Origin: Gemmatimonadaceae bacterium
Lineage (GTDB): Bacteria; Gemmatimonadota; Gemmatimonadetes; Gemmatimonadales; Gemmatimonadaceae
DNA: 25,712 nucleotides
NCBI GenBank assembly: GCA_033763905.1
Contig: JANRJP010000105.1
Coordinates: 1-25,712 of the forward strand
Direction: 5' to 3'
Positions 16,713-22,743 of this stretch are shown here, one piece after another. A program made the translations under genes and the position numbers. The notes beneath the pieces were generated by a model that saw nothing but the letters and a program-made list of their open reading frames with translations, had not been told where the DNA came from and did no database searches. Numbering within the stretch: position 1 is the first letter of the stretch; each line of letters begins with the position of its first letter.

Positions 16713-19700
16713 ATGTCTCTAATTCGATTGGTCGCGGTGCTCGTGCCGTGGCTCGCTGCTGCGTCGCTCGGCGCACAGAACACCGACGTCATTCGCGGCC
16801 GCGTGATCGCACCGGACTCATCGCCCGTGGCGGGTGCACGGATCACGGTGACGTCCATTGGCGGGAACGTGAATCGCACGGCCCGCACCGATGCGCAGGG
16901 GCGCTACACCGTGACGTTCCCTGGGGGCGACGGGGACTATCTGGTGCAGATCGCGGCGCTCGGGTTTGCCGCGAAGCGATTCGAACTGAAGCGCACGGCC
17001 GATCAGGACGTGCTCATCGGCGACGCCAAGCTCACTCTGGCGGCGGGCACCCTCGACGCGGTCGAGATTACCGCGCCTCGAGATCGGGTGCGGCGCACGG
17101 ATACGCCGCCGGACATCTCCGGGTCGGAGCGGTCGGTGGCCGGGACGACCAACGCGATTCCGGCCGACCAGTGGGGTGATCTCGCCGCGATGGCCGCGTC
17201 CTTGCCCGGCGTGCAGTTGGTCCCCGGTCAAGACGGCGGCGCCAATGGCTACTCGGTGCTCGGACTCGGTGCCGATCAGAACAATGCGACCTTGAACGGC
17301 CTGGGTTTTGGCGGGGCCTCGCTGCCGCGGGACGCGGCGGTGTCGAGTTCGCTGGTGACGTCGCCGTACGACGTCTCGCGTGGCGGATTCAGCGGCGGGC
17401 AGATGCAGTTGCGCACGCGTCCGGGGTCGAACTTCCTGACGCGCGGGACGTCGTTCAATCTCGACACGCCGCAGTTGCAGTACGTGGACGCGGGCGCTCG
17501 GGCGTTGGGACAGCTGTACACCAACGCGTCGGTCGGTGGCTTGGTCTCGGGACCACTCGCGTACGACAAGGCGTTCTACAGCGCGTCGTACCAGTTGGGG
17601 CGTCGGCAGAACGACTTTCGGACGCTGCTCAACACCGATCCGGCTGGCTTGCGGACCGTGGGCTTAGCGCCAGACTCGGCCGCGCGCTTTCTGGGCATTC
17701 TGCGCGGGCTCGGCATTCCGGCGACGCTCGGCGGGCTGCCCACCGATCGGCAATTCGACAACGCGTCGCTGCTCGCGACGATCGACCTGATGCCCCCCAG
17801 CTCGACGAGTGGTCAGGCGTTCAATCTCACGACCAACGTCAGCTGGAACGCGCAGCAGCCGCTGAGCTTCGCCTCGACCGAAGTGCCGGCGGCGAGCGGG
17901 TCGCGCGACGGGTGGCGTGGCGGACTGCAGGGACGGCACAGCGCCTATCTCAAGGGCATTCTCACCGAGACCTCGGCTGGCGTTGGGTACTCGCGCAACG
18001 TCACCGAGCCCTACCTCGATCTGCCTTCGGGACGGGTCCGGGTGAACTCGGATCTCGGCGCCGGCGACAACGGGCTGACGGTGTTGAGCTTCGGTGGCAA
18101 TCCGTTCTTCAACAATCGACAGAATTCCACGAACGCCGAGATCCTCAATCAATTGTCGTGGTTCAGCGTCAATAGTCGGCATCGTCTCAAGCTGACCTCG
18201 GAACTCCGCACCGAGCGGTTGGAGTCGGTGGCCTCGCAGAACTACCTCGGCACGTTCTTCTACAACTCGCTGGCCGACCTCGAAGCGGCGCGACCCGTGT
18301 CGTACAGCCGCGAGCGCACCGAGCGGCGGTATACGGCGCAGCAGATCAATGGCGCGATCTCTCTGGGCGACTCCTATCGCTGGCGGCCGAACGTCCAGCT
18401 CCAATTCGGCGTGCGACTCGACGGACAGCAGTTCACGAGCGCCCCGGTCGAGAATCCGCGCGTGGCAGCGCTCTTCGGCGCGACCAACACGTCGCAGCCC
18501 ACCCGCTGGTACGTGAGTCCGCGGGTCGGTTTCTCGTGGACCTACGGCACGGCGCCGCAGGTGAGCGCCTTCGACGGCGCCTTCCGCGCGCCGCGGGCGG
18601 TGGTGCGCGGCGGCATCGGCGTCTTTCAGAACTCGCTCGCGACGCAGGCGACGTCGGCCTCGCTCCTCAACACCGGCCTGGCGAGCGCGGTGCAGCAGCT
18701 GACCTGCGCGGGCACGGCGACGCCGGTGCCCGATTGGGGCGGCTATCTCGGCAATCCGGCCACGGTGCCGTCGACCTGCGTCGGCGGTGGTGGTGTGTTC
18801 GCGAACGCGTCGCCCAACGTGTCGTACTTCGCGTCGGACTTCGCGGCGCCGCGGAGCCTTCGCGGCAACCTGCAGTGGAGCGGGCCGGTCGTCGGCAACC
18901 GGTTCTCGTTGACGGTCGACGGCACGGTGTCGCGCAACGAACAGCAGCAGGGATTCGTCGATCGCAATGTCAACGCGACCACGCGCTTCACCTTGCCCGA
19001 CGAAGGTGGTCGGCCGGTGTTCGTGGCACCGACGAGCATCGTGTCCGCCACCGGGGCGATCGCGAGCCGCGACGCGATCGTGTCGAACGAGTTTTCGCGC
19101 GTGACCGAGGCGCGTTCCGATCTGCGCTCGCTGAGCCGCCAGCTCACCGTGAGTCTCGCGCCCGCGACGTTCAGCCAGACCTTCGGCTGGAGTCTGTCGT
19201 ATGTGCTGGCGTCCACCCGGGATGTGGTGCGCGGCTTCACGAGCACGGTGGGCAATCCCTTCGACTTTGACGAGGCCCGCGCCGCGTCGGACAGCCGGCA
19301 TCAGATCCAGCTGAGCGTGTCGTACAATCTCTTCGACGCGGTGCGGCTGAGCTGGTTCAGTTCCTTCCGCTCGGGATCGCCGTTCACGCCGCTGGTGGCG
19401 GGCGACATCAACGGCGACGGGTACAGCAACGATCGCGCCTTCGTCGCGAATCCCGCGACGACCGCGGATCCGGCGCTGCGCGACGGCATCGCGTCGCTCC
19501 TGGCCAACGGGCCCGACGCGGCGCGGACGTGCTTGGCGCGACAGCTCGGACGCCTCGCCGGGCGCAACAGCTGCGAAGGCCCGTGGACCGCGAACGCCAA
19601 CCTGTCGATCTCGCTCAACCCGGTGAAGTTCCGCTTGCCGTATCGCGCGGGCGTGTCGTTCCAGGTCAGCAACCCGCTCGGCGCGGCCGATCTCCTGGTC

Positions 19701-20456
19701 AATGGCGCGAACAACCTGAAGGGGTGGGGGCAGCCGGCGATTCCGGACAACAATCTCCTGTACGTGCGCGGGTTCGACGCGGCGACGAACCGGTTCACGT
19801 ACGAAGTCAATCAGCGCTTCGGCGCCACCGATCCTCGGCGGTCGGCGTTCCGTCTGCCGGTCACCGTCACCGCGCTGGTCCGCCTGGACTGGGCGCCGAC
19901 GCGGGAGCGGCAGATGCTGGTGCAGCAGCTCGATCGCGGGCGTGTGGCGCAGGGCAACCGCGCGACCGAAGGGCTGTTGCGCGCGATCTACGCGCAGGGC
20001 GGCTTGCAGAATCCGATCGCGCAGATTCTCCGGCAGCAGGATACCCTGCAACTCACCGTGGATCAGGCCGACAGTGTGGCGACGCTCAACCGCTGGTACA
20101 GCATCCGGCTCGACTCGATCTGGACACCGGTGACGTCGTATCTGGGCAAGCTCGGGGATCGCTATGACCGCAGCGACGTGTTGGCGCGGTACCAGCGTGC
20201 CCGCGAAGGCACGATCGACCTGCTGGCGACGGTCGTGCCCTCGCTCGACGCGATGCTGACGGCGGCGCAGAAGCGGCGGTTGCCGTCGGCCATCGCGGCG
20301 TATCTCGATACCCGGTATCTCGCGGCGATTCGCCCGGGGACCGTGGGCTTCACCGGCGGCGGCATCGGTGGCGGTGTGCCGTTCGGCGGCGGCGGTGGCG
20401 GTGCCGCCTCGTTCTCGATGGGCGCCGGTGGCGCCCAGATCATCATGCGCAACTGA
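16713..20456 (+). CDS. Oar-like TonB-dependent-receptor-type outer-membrane protein with a C-terminal helical (LTxxQ) extension
   Basis: Start ATG 16713 (or GTG 16710), 1247 aa. Signal peptide LGA|Q; carboxypeptidase-regulatory-like domain (IRGRV..PVAGARITV..TDAQGRY); plug-like LPGV..NNATLNG..YDVSRGGFSGG; barrel motifs QFGVRLD, SPRVGFSW and GDINGDG. Confidence 0.85.
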   Translation: MSLIRLVAVLVPWLAAASLGAQNTDVIRGRVIAPDSSPVAGARITVTSIGGNVNRTARTDAQGRYTVTFPGGDGDYLVQIAALGFAAKRFELKRTADQDVLIGDAKLTLAAGTLDAVEITAPRDRVRRTDTPPDISGSERSVAGTTNAIPADQWGDLAAMAASLPGVQLVPGQDGGANGYSVLGLGADQNNATLNGLGFGGASLPRDAAVSSSLVTSPYDVSRGGFSGGQMQLRTRPGSNFLTRGTSFNLDTPQLQYVDAGARALGQLYTNASVGGLVSGPLAYDKAFYSASYQLGRRQNDFRTLLNTDPAGLRTVGLAPDSAARFLGILRGLGIPATLGGLPTDRQFDNASLLATIDLMPPSSTSGQAFNLTTNVSWNAQQPLSFASTEVPAASGSRDGWRGGLQGRHSAYLKGILTETSAGVGYSRNVTEPYLDLPSGRVRVNSDLGAGDNGLTVLSFGGNPFFNNRQNSTNAEILNQLSWFSVNSRHRLKLTSELRTERLESVASQNYLGTFFYNSLADLEAARPVSYSRERTERRYTAQQINGAISLGDSYRWRPNVQLQFGVRLDGQQFTSAPVENPRVAALFGATNTSQPTRWYVSPRVGFSWTYGTAPQVSAFDGAFRAPRAVVRGGIGVFQNSLATQATSASLLNTGLASAVQQLTCAGTATPVPDWGGYLGNPATVPSTCVGGGGVFANASPNVSYFASDFAAPRSLRGNLQWSGPVVGNRFSLTVDGTVSRNEQQQGFVDRNVNATTRFTLPDEGGRPVFVAPTSIVSATGAIASRDAIVSNEFSRVTEARSDLRSLSRQLTVSLAPATFSQTFGWSLSYVLASTRDVVRGFTSTVGNPFDFDEARAASDSRHQIQLSVSYNLFDAVRLSWFSSFRSGSPFTPLVAGDINGDGYSNDRAFVANPATTADPALRDGIASLLANGPDAARTCLARQLGRLAGRNSCEGPWTANANLSISLNPVKFRLPYRAGVSFQVSNPLGAADLLVNGANNLKGWGQPAIPDNNLLYVRGFDAATNRFTYEVNQRFGATDPRRSAFRLPVTVTALVRLDWAPTRERQMLVQQLDRGRVAQGNRATEGLLRAIYAQGGLQNPIAQILRQQDTLQLTVDQADSVATLNRWYSIRLDSIWTPVTSYLGKLGDRYDRSDVLARYQRAREGTIDLLATVVPSLDAMLTAAQKRRLPSAIAAYLDTRYLAAIRPGTVGFTGGGIGGGVPFGGGGGGAASFSMGAGGAQIIMRN

Positions 20457-20490
20457 TCGACGACGTTCACCCTTGGCCTGAGTACTGACT

Positions 20491-21942
20491 GTGATGCGAT
20501 GCTCTTTCTCAACGGCGTGCGGGCTGCTGACCGCCGTCACGATCCCTGCCGCGGCGCAAACGCGACCGGCGCCGCGCCCGCTTGGAGCGGTGGTGGCCAC
20601 GACGCCTGCGCCGTTCGGTTCCGTCTCGTCGATCCGTGGTCTCTCGGGGGGACGCGTGCTGGTGAACGATCCGACGCGTCGCCAAGTGCTGATGCTCGAT
20701 TCGAGTCTGGCGATCCAGGCGGTGGTCGCGGACACCACGCCAGCGACCGGCAACGCCTACAGCGGGCGCTTCGCGGGCTTGTTGGCATATCGCGGCGACT
20801 CGACGCTGTTCGTCGATCCGCAGTCGCTGTCGATGTTGATGATTCACCCTGACGGGCGTCTCGGTCGCACGATGTCGATTCCGAACACGCAGGAAGCGGC
20901 GTTTCTCGCCGGCGCGCAGGGCAATCCGGGCGTCGATCCGCAGGGGCGCATCATTTATCGCGGCGGCGGATTCCGCTTCTTGGGCGGGCTGAATCCACGT
21001 GGCGGTCCGCCAGGCGCAGGCGCAGGCGCGGGGGCTGGCGGCGGTCGTGGCGCCGGCGGCGCCGACGGTGCCGCCGCGTTGCAGAACTTCATGCCGACGC
21101 TACCCGAGAGCATTCCGGTGCAGCGCATCGACATTCGCACGCGCAAGATCGACACCGTGGCGTTCTTCCGCGTGCCGCGGCCGTCGATGACGATGACGCA
21201 GACCGAAGGCCGCGTGATGATGTCGAGCAAGATCAATCCGATCCCGCTGGTGGACGAATGGGCGGCGCTTCCCAACGGGGACGTCGCCGTGGTGCGGGGG
21301 CGCGATTACCACGTGGATTTCGTTCGCGCCGATGGCCGCACGGATAGCGCGGCGAAGGTACCGTTCAACTGGCGACGCCTGACCGACGACGAGAAGGTGG
21401 CCTTCCTCGATTCGGTGAAGGCCGCGCGGGCGCGCATGCCCGCGCCGACGCCGGGCGCAGCCGGACCGGCGATGGCCTTCGGCAGCGCCGGTGGGGGCTC
21501 GGCCGGCGGCCCACCCGTCCCGCCGCCGGGCGGCGGTGGTCAGGTGCAGGTGATGATCATGACCGGTGGCCCCGGTTCCGAACCGCCAATGGGCGGCGGG
21601 CCCGCGATCTCCGGTGGTGCTGGCGGCGGCGGTCGGTCGCCGATCATCGCGCCGCAGGTGACGTTCGTCGAGCCCAGCGAGTTGCCGGACTATCTGCCGC
21701 CATTCGCCGCGGGGGCGGTTCGCGCAGACCCGCTGGGTCGGATCTGGGTCCGACTCTCGCTACCCACGCCGGCCGGCACGGGGCCGCTGTACGACATTCT
21801 CGATGGCAACGGCGCGTTGATCGATCACGTGCAGTTGCCGGCCGGTCGCCTACTGGCCGGGTTCGGCGCCGATGGGTCGGTGTATCTCTCGAAGCGGGAG
21901 GAAGGCGGCTTCACCACCCTCGAGCGCGCGCAGTTCAAGTGA
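20491..21942 (+). CDS. Secreted probable six-bladed beta-propeller protein with Gly/Pro-rich insertions
   Basis: GTG 20491 or ATG 20494; signal peptide AAA|Q. Blade-like repeats (GGRVLVND..VLMLDS, GDSTLFVD..IHPDGR, DPQGRII, PNGDVAVV..VRADGR, DPLGRIWV..YDILDGNG, GADGSVY). Starts 34 nt after the receptor stop. Confidence 0.78.
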   Translation: MMRCSFSTACGLLTAVTIPAAAQTRPAPRPLGAVVATTPAPFGSVSSIRGLSGGRVLVNDPTRRQVLMLDSSLAIQAVVADTTPATGNAYSGRFAGLLAYRGDSTLFVDPQSLSMLMIHPDGRLGRTMSIPNTQEAAFLAGAQGNPGVDPQGRIIYRGGGFRFLGGLNPRGGPPGAGAGAGAGGGRGAGGADGAAALQNFMPTLPESIPVQRIDIRTRKIDTVAFFRVPRPSMTMTQTEGRVMMSSKINPIPLVDEWAALPNGDVAVVRGRDYHVDFVRADGRTDSAAKVPFNWRRLTDDEKVAFLDSVKAARARMPAPTPGAAGPAMAFGSAGGGSAGGPPVPPPGGGGQVQVMIMTGGPGSEPPMGGGPAISGGAGGGGRSPIIAPQVTFVEPSELPDYLPPFAAGAVRADPLGRIWVRLSLPTPAGTGPLYDILDGNGALIDHVQLPAGRLLAGFGADGSVYLSKREEGGFTTLERAQFK

Positions 21943-22644
21943 CGTCGGCTGGTGCTGGCGCTCGGTGACGAGCGCCAGCACCAGCAAATCGAGCAACGCG
22001 TAGAAGGCGCCAGCAGCAAACGGCGGGTTCGCGGCCGACCAGCCGGTCCCGGGGACAATGGCCCGCCACGCCCAGTTGCCGAGGGCGGTGCCGTAAAGCT
22101 CCATCAGCAACGCGAGCACGAACATCGCGGCGTACAGGGCCCGCCCGCGGCTCGCGGCCACACAGAGCAGGAACACCAGCGCTAGTCCGGCGCCGAACTC
22201 GTCGGTGCCGCGCCACATGGCGGCCGCGCCCCAGAGCGTCGCGGCCGCCGACACCAAGGCGACGTGGCGCGCGCGAACGAGCGGCTGCACGAGCACGCCG
22301 AGCGTCATCAGCAACGCGTGGCCGGGCGGCACGAAGGCCGGCAGGTTGCCGAACTGGTAATCGTAGACCTGCCAGCCAAGCGACAACACGACCTCGCCGA
22401 ACCCAGCGAGTGCGATGCACCAGCCCAGCGCGCGCCGCTCCCGTCGGCGGCCGATGGCGATGAGCCACGCGAGGACGCCGAGCGTCCACACCGTCGCGAG
22501 ATGCTGTCCCGTCCATCCCCAGGCGCGGTCGATCGCGAGTCCACCGACGATCACGACCACGATGTGCCCCGCCATCAGGCGACGCGTGGCCGCGGGCAGG
22601 TGGGACCAGAGCCGGGGGGGTGATTCGGGCAAAGCGCCGTCCAT
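21850..22644 (-). CDS. Uncharacterised polytopic membrane protein with an internal two-fold repeat
   Basis: About 7-8 hydrophobic segments. Repeats GEVVLSLGWQVYDY..LPAFVPPGHALL and MELYGTALGNWAW..PPFAAGAFYALL. The ATG 22644 start is supported by the adjacent extended -10. The 3' end overlaps the convergent gene by 93 bp. Confidence 0.8.
   Translation of the reverse strand: MDGALPESPPRLWSHLPAATRRLMAGHIVVVIVGGLAIDRAWGWTGQHLATVWTLGVLAWLIAIGRRRERRALGWCIALAGFGEVVLSLGWQVYDYQFGNLPAFVPPGHALLMTLGVLVQPLVRARHVALVSAAATLWGAAAMWRGTDEFGAGLALVFLLCVAASRGRALYAAMFVLALLMELYGTALGNWAWRAIVPGTGWSAANPPFAAGAFYALLDLLVLALVTERQHQPTSLELRALEGGEAAFLPLREIHRPIGAEPGQ
21948..21985. terminator. Perfect 17-bp stem / 4-nt loop hairpin just after the propeller gene stop
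   Basis: GCTGGTGCTGGCGCTCG-GTGA-CGAGCGCCAGCACCAGC. The + strand loop is a GNRA tetraloop. It lies inside the convergent CDS. Confidence 0.6.
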
Positions 22645-22649
22645 ACCCA

Positions 22650-22658
22650 AAGGTATCA
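22650..22658 (-). promoter_or_regulatory. Extended -10 element (TGaTACCTT); probable leaderless transcript of the membrane protein
   Basis: Minus strand reads TG-A-TACCTT-TGGGT-ATG, i.e. TGnTAnnnT 5 nt before ATG 22644. No SD. Confidence 0.5.
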
Positions 22659-22664
22659 GCGATT

Positions 22665-22692
22665 TGCATCCGGATTGGATGCCGCTGCGAAC
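22665..22692 (+). promoter_or_regulatory. SigK-type promoter upstream of the second TonB-dependent receptor
   Basis: T-GCATCC-GGATTGGATGCCGCT(15 nt)-GCGAAC. Same elements and spacing as 14299-14326; ends 51 nt before ATG 22744. Confidence 0.7.
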
Positions 22693-22743
22693 TCAGCGAC
22701 GGACTTGGGCATTTACCCCAGGGATCTCTCGATTTCCATCTCA

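Noticed and set aside
829..20753. Very long antisense ORFs (829-3705, 3806-6325, 6331-9330, 14056-15831, 17664-20753 and others)
   Set aside because: They are shadow frames of high-GC genes: Arg/Ala/Pro-rich, without motifs, and lying opposite well-supported CDSs.
22656..22682. Minus-strand GCATCC as a SigK-type promoter for the membrane protein
   Set aside because: The -10 position reads CGCTGA, with no CGAA; an extended sigma70-like -10 explains the gene better.
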